Translations under genes and position numbers: made by a program
Assembly (NCBI GenBank): GCA_965112155.1
Contig: OZ218106.1
Reading direction: 5' to 3' (one strand)
Source of the DNA: Podarcis liolepis
Taxonomy: Eukaryota
DNA: 64,000 bases
Notes under the pieces: generated by a model
What the model was told of the DNA's origin: nothing
What the model saw: only the letters and a program-made list of their open reading frames with translations
Database searches by the model: none
In this document: positions 52,706 through 64,000 of the stretch, in pieces
How the letters are laid out: every line of letters starts with the position of its first letter
How positions within the stretch are numbered: the first letter of the stretch is position 1

Positions 52706-55564
52706 AGTACACACACACCTTTTGTATTAATTGTATTCTGATTTAGCTACCTTGGTTTTATATGGAAATCTCAATACACCAGCCCAGTAGTTTATTCAGC
52801 AACCTTAGCTTTTGTAGCCAGAGTCAGTCCTCACCCTTTGAGACCAAGTGGGGAAAGACCTGCAAGCCAGAGTGCAGATCTCCCAGGACTCAAAGCCAAG
52901 ATGATGCGATATAGTTATGATTTCCATGCTATTATCAACATCATGATCTGCCCTGAGATTGTTACTTGATGAACGGCAGAATTCCTCCCTGTCACAATCC
53001 GAACTCCTCCCACTTCCCTGTTGCACTAACAGCATTTTTCTAGTATAATGGTTCCAACGGAGGTAGATGCTGCTGGCACACAACAGTGGGCGCTATGCCA
53101 GCCTAGAATCCATTCACTGACACATATTTGATGCAAGAAGACTTTGGAGCAATCCTATCTCTGCCCAGCAGGTCTAAATTGTGGACAACATTAGTGGACT
53201 TCATGGATTATGTTGCTTTCTTGGCTAAAGATGAGACCTGCCCCATGCATTCACAAAATACAAATACAAATGCACCACACGAAGTCCCAAGTTTTCTCAA
53301 CTGGGACTTGGAGAGCAGCTTGACAGGCCTGTGCCTGAGCTCACGGTAGGCATATATACATATAATCCCTTTCCACATTATAATTTCAGTCAGGGGAGTA
53401 ACTTGTCAACTCACTTCTGTTACTGACCATTCTAACATGGAAAGGGGTCTTTAGAGAGCTTCACAATGAGGCGGATGAATTCAGAAAAGCTATTCTCTAT
53501 AATGTAAGAGATCTCACAAGACCAAATGCATCATTTACTCTAAGGATATAACCTTGAAAATTTGTGAACCAACTGAAGTAGTCATTTCTTTTTCAAGCCC
53601 TGTTAGGCATAACATATCACCATTTCCCTCCTGCTTAGAATACTGCCTAAATTAGTAATTAGGAACACTCCAAATCTTCAAAACAATATGGAGTTCAAGC
53701 AATTAACAATGTGATCCTATGCATGCTTACTCAAAAGTAAGTATCCCTGTGTTCAATGCAGTTCCATTTAATTCTGCATAGGACTTCAGAAGAGTACCAA
53801 GAGAGAAGGCACAAATATTCAAATACTAGTATAATATTTATGTATTGATCACCACTGCCCTCATGAATAGTTGGAGGTCAAGGAACAGAACTCTCCAGCT
53901 TCTTCACATTTCACTTTCTACATAGAGAAGAAGATCTCTCAATTTTACTCTGAATTTCCTTTTACTAAAGAAACCAAATAAAACTCAGGTTTTCATTCAT
54001 TGTCATGAGGGGTACCATTTCATGGAAAAAGATGAAATTTGAAGAAATACTAAAAGGCCCACCTGGGAATATGTTCAGATTTAAACGGCAAAAAATATTT
54101 TAAGAGAATTTGCTGTAGCTTTTGGTATACTTCATAATGACTCTAGCAATGCTATCATAGTCACATAGAATCAACTCAATAGAGGGATTTCTGTCTTTGG
54201 TTTACAGATCTACCGATATATCTTCTGTGTGCTGCTGTTCCAGGATGCAGAGAAATCTGCTGAGGGATAAACAGATTTATTTATTTTTTACTCCACACAT
54301 TCAGGAACACACAACCAGTTCATTAGGGCTGTGTAGGGAATAGGAGAGCCATACAAAGCTGACCTAACCCTCATTCTCCTCTTGGTTAAGTTACTTTTAC
54401 TCTAGAGCTTGACTGAGCAAAGAATGGGATGGAAGATGCAGAGCTCCCCTTTCCTAGTTTATCCTGGAACATTGTATGTTTACAGAGCAAGGGTAGGAGT
54501 TGGTGGGGGGGGGGGGAGAAAGCCCTATGGGGAATCACTCCATGCATGGATATTGTGCCCACATAAAGAAGGGTCGTAGTCCTAGTCTATAGGACAATTA
54601 GTTTGTAATAGTAGTTATACAGTATGTGTATAAGCTGTGAATTGGCCAGAATTATAGGTGCCCCTGGAGAATAATTGCATTTGGTCAGAAACATGAGGAG
54701 GGAGAAGCAATACTCCCCACCTTCCTGAAATGGCATTGCATAAAGTCTGCATTGTATAAAAGAAATTGTAGGTCAACCACCTTGGAGAAAGATGTGCTTT
54801 TAGAGAAAGATCATTGTCCATTTTCCAAGATGCTTATTCATTAAAATTTGTCCATTAAAATAGCAGAGAACATTGTGTGGGTAAACGTCTTATTTAGAAA
54901 CCTTCCATTTTTACAAAACCAACTACCCTTCATAGCACATTTTTTGCAGCACACACTGAATTGGATTTTCAATGCACACTGAGCAGCATGAATACAACAA
55001 ACCCGAAGAAAGCTTATTTTCCTACCTGTAGGGCTTTGTTTACTAGTGTTGTTCTTCAAAATCATTACAGGGATGAAAACCAAGAAGTAGAAGTTACCAC
55101 ATGCCTTGACATGCAATTCTCAGCAGCACCAGAACACTATCTGGTTTAAATTGCCTAGTAATTTATTGAAAGAACAAAGGGGGGAAATGTGCAGGTTCCA
55201 TTGCTTTGGACAGCAGAGAGCTCTTTCTCTCTCTTTTTAATACTGAAAAAGAGAACAACAAGGGAGAACAATTTTCCCAACACCAGCCATTTTCAATCCG
55301 TCTGAACTCTGAAACGGTTCTTTAAGTTTTACAGACTACATACATGAGGCTTCCAACAGTGACTACTGCAAAACATAATTATCTTATTTTGCACTTGCTT
55401 TGCTATCCTGATTTTGCATGGTTTACTTAGTATACTGTTTGGGTTTATTATTGTTTGCTGCTTTAAGTACATTTAGTAGAAGAGCAGGAAGAGATGATGA
55501 TGATGATTTAGGAAATGATCAGAAAGCTCTCCAAAAAATGTACAAATATAATTATAGATAAAAG

Positions 55565-55782
55565 CAGTGCTTTTTTCAGGAGGTAATCAAGGGTACGCAG
55601 AACCGGCACCTCTTTTGTTGTTAAAAAAGTGTGGCATTTACAGGGCTTTTTAAAAAAATTTAGCAGGAACTCTCCAGAACTCAGTTTCTGCACCTCTCAG
55701 GTGGGTGCCATTGCCATTCTAAGAGAACAAGGGAGGTGTTCATGGTGAGTCCCAGCACCTCTTTTTTTCAAGAAAAATAGCA
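55565..55782. mobile_element. Short non-autonomous DNA element, copy 2
   Basis: cagtgctttttt...aaaaatagca ends; homologous to 4600-4769. Confidence 0.7.
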
Positions 55783-55953
55783 ATTAAAAGACAATTAAAA
55801 GCATTAAAACTTTTTTTAAAAAAACACACAATATATTTATCATCATATTAGTATTAGAATTGTTATTGTGTGATCAGGCGGTGACAGCCTCTAGCCCCCA
55901 GGGATCATAAGGAATAAAGAAGCAGGGGCGTGAGTCACCACTTCACACACCAT

Positions 55954-56288
55954 AAAGGTAAAGGTACCCCTGACCATTAGGTCCAGTCGCAGACGACTCT
56001 GGGGTTGCAGTGCTCATCTCACTCTATAGGCCAAGGGAGCCGGCGTTTGTCCACAGACAGCTTCCGGGTCATGTGGCCAGCATGATTAAGCCACTTCTGG
56101 TGAACCAGAGCAGCGCACAGAAATGCTGTTTACCTTCCCGACGGAGCGGTACCTATTCGAACTCCTAGGTTGGCAGGAGCAGGGACCGAGCAACAGGAGC
56201 TCACCCTATCACAGGGATTCGAACCACCAACCATCCGATCAGCAAGTCCTAGGCTCTGTGGTTTAGACCACAGCACTACCCGCGTCCC
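55954..56288 (-). mobile_element. Sauria SINE
   Basis: aaaggtaaaggtacccctg tail, conserved core, 5' end ...acccgcgtccc; flanked by cacacacca direct repeats. Confidence 0.92.
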
Positions 56289-57049
56289 CACACACACCAC
56301 ATAGGGAAGAAAAGATTAAAGGATTCCACCCAAGGCCATAACCCCCAAAGATGTGATGAATTGCTACAGGGATGACAAAACCTGCCAATGCAGGAAAATT
56401 TCTTCCCGGTCCTTCAACAGCAACCAGTCAAAGACCGTTGCAGCGCTGGCTAAACAGGAAGAAAAAGTTAATCTGCAAACAAGAAACATTAAGCAAAGGG
56501 AGGCTGAATCTCCAGAGCCAACTGCCTGGCTATTGTCGGCTCCACCCCTATTTATAAATGGGGCTGGCCCCACCTCCCAGCAAGAAACTTGATTACTGAG
56601 GCTGGGTGTGAACCTCCAAAAACTAACACTGAGAGGCAAGCCAGCCCCTGTTTGCCCTGTTTCCCTGGGAACTGTAGCACCATGTGCAATCCTGCAAAGG
56701 GCACCCACAATGTAAACTGTGAGTGCTCATTGTTGTTGTTGCTAACCCCTTGATTTTTTCTCACAAATTTTACCTTATGTAACTCCTCTTTTCCTACTAG
56801 TAGTTGTGCTGAATTTTTCAATTTTCAATCTCCAAAAATGAAGGGTGCTAGAAAGTTTTAACATGACATGGGAATTCAAAATATATGTTGGTTAAATTTA
56901 GTTTTGCTTGGTAAACAACTACATAAAAATGTTGACTTTTTTTTTTAGATTTTTGTGTAATTTCTATTAACTCTCAATTTCAAACTTGTCTTATTTTTTT
57001 GTTAAAAATATGTGTGCAAAATTGCATACAGGTCAATAAAAACATTTGC

Positions 57050-59169
57050 CAAGTAATATGCTTGAGCATAACAAAAAGTGGAAGTGACAAGAAGACAAGA
57101 AAAGAAGGCTTGTTGAATATAAGCAGAGAAGTAAGCAGAATGCTTCAAGAATATCAGATGAAATAATTTTCTCTGCTGATTAATTTTATCTGCTGGTTAA
57201 AATGAAGAGCAAATGGCTAATGCCCAAATGAAAATGATGGAAGGCTATAATAAAAACTAGGTGGTGGGACATTGAACACCAGGAACTAACAGCAGCAGCA
57301 GAGAAAACATGTTCCCCGCTTAACTTTCAACTTTCTTGGGCATATGAAATTAACCACAATTATCTTGAATTTTCGCTTAATCCTCAAGAAAGAAGGGCAT
57401 TTTCGCTGGCCAGGTTTAATTCAAATTCTTCAAACCTCCTACTGCTTTTATGGATGCTGGTCTGATCATGAAGGAGACAAGAGACAAGAGGAGATCCAAG
57501 AGAAAGTTATGAAATCCCTGGATCAGGAATTTGATGATCTTTATCAGAAGGGTTGAATCAACTGCATCTTCTTTTACGACCATGAAGATACAACTCAAGT
57601 TATGCTGAGAGCAGACAGTTCAATAAGCAGTTCCCCAGCATTGCCACAGAACAGCATTATTCTGTGTGCAGTGAGGCATGTGGAAGATATCTTTACCACT
57701 TAAGAGAAAGGCTCAAAGAAAGAAAAACCTGCTGAAGTTATTGCTAATGATATGGTAGATTTCATGAAGAAGAAAGGCATTGATAAGAGCCAACAGGCCA
57801 TTGGAAGTGATTCTAGGAATGTTAACACTGGCTGGAAGGCTGGTACCATGCATTAGGTAGAGGCAGGGGCGTAGGAAGCGGGGGACGGGCTGCCCCAGGT
57901 GGCATCATGGAGGGGGGTGACAAATTATCAAGGAACAATTACTGCCCTACTAGGGCAATTCATAAAAAACTTTTTTTTTTGAAAATGCCTGCTCCAAAGG
58001 TCTTATCTTACTACACTAGGGATTATATAGCTATATCTGAAATTTCATGCATATCAGTTAATATCTTGACCCTCCTCCATGAAAATAGCTGTTTACTTGG
58101 CCGTTTTTCTATGTCATGAAGGCTAAAATTTCAATTCAGTGGAGTAGGGTCAAGATATTAACTGATATGCATGAAATTTCAGATATAGCTATATAATCCC
58201 TAGTTTAGTAAGATAAGACCTTTGGAGCTGGCATTTTTTTAAAAAAATCAATGGGGGGGCTGACAAGAAATTTTCTGCACTGGGTACCATCTGACCTTCC
58301 TATGCCTCTGGGTAGAGGTCAAGTTTGGTTGTAAGCTGATCTGGCGTCCTCCATGCCAAAAGTGTTGCCTCAGTGACACTTGATCACAGAACAAGTAACA
58401 TTGGCACGATACTAGACAGTGCTGCAGATCTTGAAATTGATCCTTCATTCACCAAACTCTCAACTGAAGAGCCTCTTACGTCACTAAGTGATAATGCCAT
58501 AAAGGTTCTTGTCTACTATTCAAGCATACAGATATCAGATCACACAGACCACAAGTACAAGAAAACTTCACACATATCTACCTCTTCTTGAAATTGTTCT
58601 AGTGAGCCGTTCCAGGTGGTTAACAACAGCAAACAGGCTTTGTCACATATAAGTTTCAAAACATGACTTAAAGGCAAAACCCTCAACATCGTAAGAATGA
58701 TAGTGGAATCCATTGTTTGTCTGCACTACCCCTACAAAGCAAAACACTCTTGTGTTCAGATGACAGTGATGAGAGGAGAGCTGGTATCCAAAAGAAAATT
58801 GACTTGAGGGGTGGAAATGATGAGACACTAGGAGATTTTCCTGTATGACTGAGGAAGACACATTCCATCAACCCCAGAGCTTTGTTCCTGTTGGAGCTGA
58901 TAGACAGGTCAGATGGGGTATATGAACCTTCTTTGACATGTAAACGTACTGCAGCAGAAGTAAAGAAGTTAATTGATGAGCCCATGCAATAGTCACAGTA
59001 GCCCTGTCATGCTCAGGCTATAGAGAGGTGTGTGAAACAAGTCACAGAGGCAGCAGGTAGGGTGTATACGCATGAGAAATGTTAGGGCCACATCAGAGGC
59101 CAAGAAGCAAGCTGGCAAATGAGGTCCAAGAAAGAAACAAAGCAAAACATGATGAAACCTGTTGTTTAA
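57050..59169 (+). pseudogene. Decayed hAT-superfamily (hATx/hATm-like) transposase fossil
   Basis: Frameshifted pieces: EQHYSVCSEACGRYLYH; AIGSDSRNVNTGWKAGTMH*VE|VKFGCKLIW (57797 onward); LH..LP.*HLI; SRWLTTANR (58611-58637); ELIDRSDGVYEPSLT; PCHAQAIERCVKQVTEAA (59002 onward). The left boundary is approximate. Confidence 0.8.
57864..58310. mobile_element. hAT-type MITE (447 bp) with ~98-bp internal inverted repeat
   Basis: TIRs CAGGGGCGTAGGAAG / CTTCCTATGCCTCTG; perfect 8-bp TSD ggtagagg (57856-57863, 58311-58318); arms 57982-58079 and 58140-58237. Confidence 0.92.
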
Positions 59170-62100
59170 ATTTCTTATTAACTGATGTCGTTACTTTCTA
59201 ATGTTGCTTTTTGATTCCAGGGTGATGTTATATGCTTAGTAGGATATGTTTTATGCAGAGAAACAATTTTTATAGCATTATCTGACATTTTCAGAAGGCA
59301 AACTTAAAATTCTTTTGATTTCCAAGAAGAGTTTATGTGCTTTTAAATCAAATGTAGATTTACCAAGCTAAGTGTTGTCCAACCACAAAAATAATAGCAG
59401 ATTTGAATACTTCAAACCCAAAAAAGTATGCTAAGACCCCTCACTGAAAAGAATTGCAAAAGTTAAAAGTGTTGCTCTCCAGGCACACCTGGAGGGCTTC
59501 AGTTCATAGTCTTAACAGCTATAACTGAGTTTGGTCTCAAGTATCCATCTGTGTGTGGTGTGAAAAGGGGACAGTCAAATGCAAATATATTAGAAATGAC
59601 TGAAAGGATAATGGCAGTAGCAGACAGAGGGAGTGGAAGGGAACAAGCTGGAGTGTTATCTGAGACTGCAATCCTATACCTTTTTACCTAGGAGCAAGCT
59701 CAATTTAACCCAATAAGGCTTCTTCCGAGCTAGATTTCTTTAACATCATAATAGGGAATGCTCTTCTGCAAAGCCACAACACAGTGTTTGCTATTAACAT
59801 ATAACAGTTTCCAGCATTGCTTCATAACACTAGGAATAACACATGGTGCCAGAAGTAGGCTAGTCTGAAGTACATTTCTGGTAAGGCAGTATGAAATATA
59901 AATATTAAATAATAGCATGCCATTGGCTCACAGAACGTGAAAACCCTCACAGGCAAATGAGCAGGTGCACATTTATGATGGCTCAGCATGAACACAGACT
60001 GTAAAAGTTATTAAGAAAGAAGCTTTGCGGTCCTTTTTAGTGCCACTTTTGGATGGCCAATAATAGAAAAGGAAAGCACAGCATCTTCAAGTCAGAGCAT
60101 GCAACACTAAGGAGCTCTAACCCAACACGTGACAGTCTGCGCAGAAAGTAGTATCTCTACAAAGGGTTGATATGATGGTGATCTGGCGTAAACATCAGAA
60201 AGACACAAACAGATTGAACAAGAGCTTAGAAGATCTACAAGACAAAGCAAAGCAATATGGAGACTGGTAGAACACGGCCTAAAAGACGTGGATAGCATTT
60301 GTGTTAAAGGGGCAGAGGGTAGATTTCCTTTTAGCAACGGATAAGTGTGTAAATTTTGATTTCTGTCACCGTCTCATTTTTATAGACTAGCTCAGTTTGC
60401 CACATTTCTGCATCTGTTTCCAAATTATTCTTTGGAATAATATGTTCATGAAAATTCATCAGAATTTTAGTGTGTCTCTCCCCTAATATACACATTTTAA
60501 TGTGTGTGTTTTTCTAATATACAGCATTTTGTTTAATTACACCTCCCATGCTCCCATCCAGCTCTGCTTCCCTGCACAATGGAATTTAATGATTCTCAGA
60601 GTATTAATGATAATTTGCATGAAAAGCTGGATGGGGATGGGGGAGGCCTGCACAGACTTCTCATTCCTGCATGAGTACACCCTCCTGCACAAATGATGAA
60701 GGAAACACACCAGAAGTGAGTCCTGCAGTAATATTTCTGCATGCAGGCATTGCACCTGAGGTAGAACTGTCATCATATCCTGTTTATTAAATAGTTATTC
60801 ATGAATTAAATAAAAAGCTTAAATTAATTAAGTAAAAAAGAGGTGAAGTCTGAAGCTTTTCCACCTGCTGTGCCCTCCCTAGAGCTACATTTCCCTTGCC
60901 TGATCATTTCCCATCTGCTCGCATTTCACTTGGATTATATATGGCATTTGTGTCTAGCCTGCTTCTTTCTAACATGCTGGCTTTACAAGCTGGCTTCCTA
61001 CAAACTCACCAGTTTTACAGGCACCGTTGTGGACTGTATCTCTTTTGCTCCTGATTTTGGTTTGCGGCAGACTGTGGCCAGGGTTAACTGTGTTAAGCTG
61101 AGGAGAGTTGATGTGTGTGGCGGAGATCCTGCCCTGAAGCTAAATATTCTGTCTTTTTTTGTGTAGGAGTTCCTTGGGCGGGAGAGAGCAAATTTAGGCA
61201 TGCCCAAGGGCTTTTGCGTAGCTAGTAGGCTCTCGCTTCCTTCCCCTTTGGCCAGTATCGCTTCACATGCTGTATCATAAATAGTTCCAAAACCTCCTGC
61301 TTTTCAGAAGCACCTTACAATTTGGCTGCTGCTTGAGAAACGCACAGCATCAAAGCCTGCTGGGTTTGACAAGCTTGTAATATGTTTGATGTGAAGAGTC
61401 TGAGAATACGGTGAGCCAGATCAAAGCTGTGTTCAGCCAGCTTGACAGTGGCAGAAAGCGTCAGAATGGCCAGTAAGATAATGGATCATACTGAATATTT
61501 CCAGCAGTTCAAGGGTCAAGTGAAAGAAAGCATCAGGAAAAAGTGTGTGTGTGTTTGCCTGTTGCTAGCATTTCCCTTCTTGCTAACTATACTACTATTC
61601 CCCATTAAAGCAGGAATACGGCATTGACTATAAGTATTCAGTTCTAATGAAAGAAACCAGTGAATTTTTTTTTTTGTATCATATTTATTGTCAAAATGTA
61701 GCTATTGTACAACAGAAAAGCCTACTAAGAGTTGGAGGGGGGGGGGATATGCCAAGCATATTTAGTTCCTGCATTGTTTCAAAATGAAACTTTGTGATGT
61801 TAGGCTATCTAGTGTGACAGGTGTTAACATGTCAAACAGAAAATTGCCATCTATATAGAAGCCAAAATTATTTATTGCTACTCTTCCCTTACACCACTTC
61901 TCTGCAAGGTTTTAAAATCCATATGGAAAATCCATATGGCTGTTTCATAGCTTTTTTGTTGTTGATCCTCCCCCTTCTTCAATAGTTATTCCTCTTGCTA
62001 GTTATGCGTTTCTCTTTTGATTGATGTCAGTTATGCTTGTGAGTTAAAAGAGCCCAAACCAAAGGATCCTTCATTCTACTCTTTTAAAATATAAGCTTAT

Positions 62101-63765
62101 TTCATTTGTCCTCACCACCTGCCAAAAATATTCCATTTCATCCCCTCCTCCATCCTTCCTGGCCACTGAGCTTGCTCAGTCCTCAATGGGCTGATCTTGG
62201 AATGTGGGTTTTTCCCCATGAGGCTTTCGTTGTACTTCAAAAAACCTTGACATTTCCCTGAGTCTGGTGATACCTCTCTTGTGCATAAGTGATGCTGTCT
62301 TGGCTACATAATCAACACATTTCTCCCCTGAAGATTGCAATTCATATATAAAATGAACAAAAAACTCAGTCGCAAAATAACTACCGGTAAATACTGTGCT
62401 GATGCTTTATATTGGTCTTACTGTCTCCTAATTGCATGGCTAGGAAATGGTGCAGGGTAGGGCAAGGAATAGTTATTACCTGCTAGGACAGCAGGAGATA
62501 AAGTTCTCCAATTATTTTATGTTCTCGCTTTGCCTGTACAGACACTTGTATTATGAAGTAAGAGGCTAGCCAGGAATGTAGAATAATCACATCTTACATT
62601 CCTCCTATATGAAAGATGATACAGAAAGAGAGAGAGAGATGAAATTTATTGGTTTGTTAGTGCCACACACACTGATATGATTTCTGATGGCTTCCTAATG
62701 TCATGAATCTGCAGATAAGCTATCAGTCTTTCATTGAGATTGCTGTACAGTTAGCAGGGAATCATTAGGAAACTTCAAAATCTATGACAGAAATTATCCT
62801 GTTAGAATGATCAGCAATGGAAAAACAAACCAACTCCTTGCCTCTTAATTCTGTTTTACATGCAAGTGTCAGGGGGTGGAATATATGAATGTATAGGGGA
62901 AAGATCTTGTTAAAATAAATATATGTTCCTGTAGTTATTTGGAATCAACCTAATATTGAATGATACAAGAATGGATGTTAGGTTGAACGTGCATGGAACT
63001 GCGTTGAAAGCAGATAAATGATCACTAGTGAAATGGACATGAAAACACAAACAACAGATTGAAGGTAATCCTTGGAAAACAAAGTATAATTTCCATCTGT
63101 TCATGAAAACCAGTAATCATGAAATGAATCACTGACCCAAAAATGTTAGGTCTCTGGCTTAAAGGAGAAGTTTAATTGAAATGAGAATAGAGCTAACTTA
63201 AAAACTCAAATTTGGAGATTAGAAAATTAACAGGGGTTTAAAGCTGTTAAAATTATTTTTGGAAAGTTTTCACATTTACTGGAATGAAGACTTAAAGCAA
63301 TGGAAATATAGAAAGCTGGAGAAATGTGGCAGGACAAATGTTCCAGAAAATTATGCAACCCACATGAATACTCATCATTTGAAGCTGACGCTAATAATGT
63401 GCTGCTATCAGTATCGTGTTAATTTTCAAAATGGTCCTGTGAGCCAGCCAGGTCAAGGCCATCGTTACTCATATAAACAGATGTGGAAAGGGGGCCAGTG
63501 TTGTTTTCTAAACCATGCAGTGAAGATAAGTGCCGAATCCTGATCTCTGAGTACTATCAGACTCTAATGTCAGTAAATCAAACTGAGTAAGAACCAATTC
63601 ACACAATTCCTGAATGAATCACTGGGTTGTGTTGTTTTTTTAAAAAAACTTCATTGCCACCCACCCACCATCATGATGATTGCATAGAATACCATCCCAT
63701 TTGGATTCTGCATGAATTTGTCTCTCATGGGCAGGAATGAGGAACCTACGTATGGCTCTCCAAAT

Positions 63766-63867
63766 CATAGAAATATAGAATTTTACAGTTGGAAGGGACT
63801 CGGAGGGCCATCTAGTCCAACCCCTGCAATGCAGGAATCTCAGCTAAAGCATCCATGACAGATGGCT
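63766..63867 (-). mobile_element. CR1 LINE 3' end
   Basis: catagaa..tagaatt..agttggaagggac..gagggccatctagtccaacccctgcaatgcaggaat. Confidence 0.8.
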
Positions 63868-63944
63868 TGAAGTTTTACTATGTTTTTATATATGCTTAAG
63901 TCGCCTAGAGTGGCTGGAGAAAAGCAGTCAAATGGGAGGGAAAC

Positions 63945-64000
63945 AATACTACTAATACTACTAATACTACTAATACTACTAATACTACTAATACTACTAA
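63945..64000. repeat. (AATACTACT)n 9-mer tandem repeat at the tail of an L2-type 3' fragment (63870-63944)
   Basis: Directly visible; runs to the window end. Confidence 0.9.

Noticed and set aside
52835-53017. 183-nt in-frame minus segment between cag and gtgagg
   Set aside because: The acceptor lacks a pyrimidine tract and the peptide is unrecognisable.
1-64000. CRISPR arrays, operons, rRNA/tRNA genes, endogenous viral ORFs
   Set aside because: No repeat-spacer periodicity, LTR pairs or viral motifs seen; tRNA-like boxes occur only in SINE heads.

Overview
Eukaryotic vertebrate DNA, AT-rich and CpG-poor, with one assembly gap (20022-20154). The repeats (Sauria SINEs, BovB, CR1 and L2 LINE fragments, TA-flanked Tc1/mariner-type MITEs, hAT-type MITEs) point to a squamate, probably a lacertid lizard (inference). 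No complete or nameable protein-coding gene is recognisable, and most ORFs in the supplied track are chance or TE-derived. The window reads like a long intron or intergenic tract. The most informative structures are: (1) a decayed hAT-superfamily transposase fossil (~57.05-59.17 kb) with motifs I associate with invertebrate hATx/hATm-like elements, split by a 447-bp MITE that has a perfect 8-bp TSD and ~98-bp internal inverted arms; (2) a 586-bp TIR element with a perfect 10-bp TSD, inserted in a CR1 and carrying a BovB fragment; (3) several minus-strand, splice-signal-flanked, often CpG-retaining segments that may be alternative, terminal or poison exons of an unidentified host gene; (4) a 44-bp poly(A) retro-insertion with a 16-bp TSD. 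Family names come from motif recall, not from database searches.
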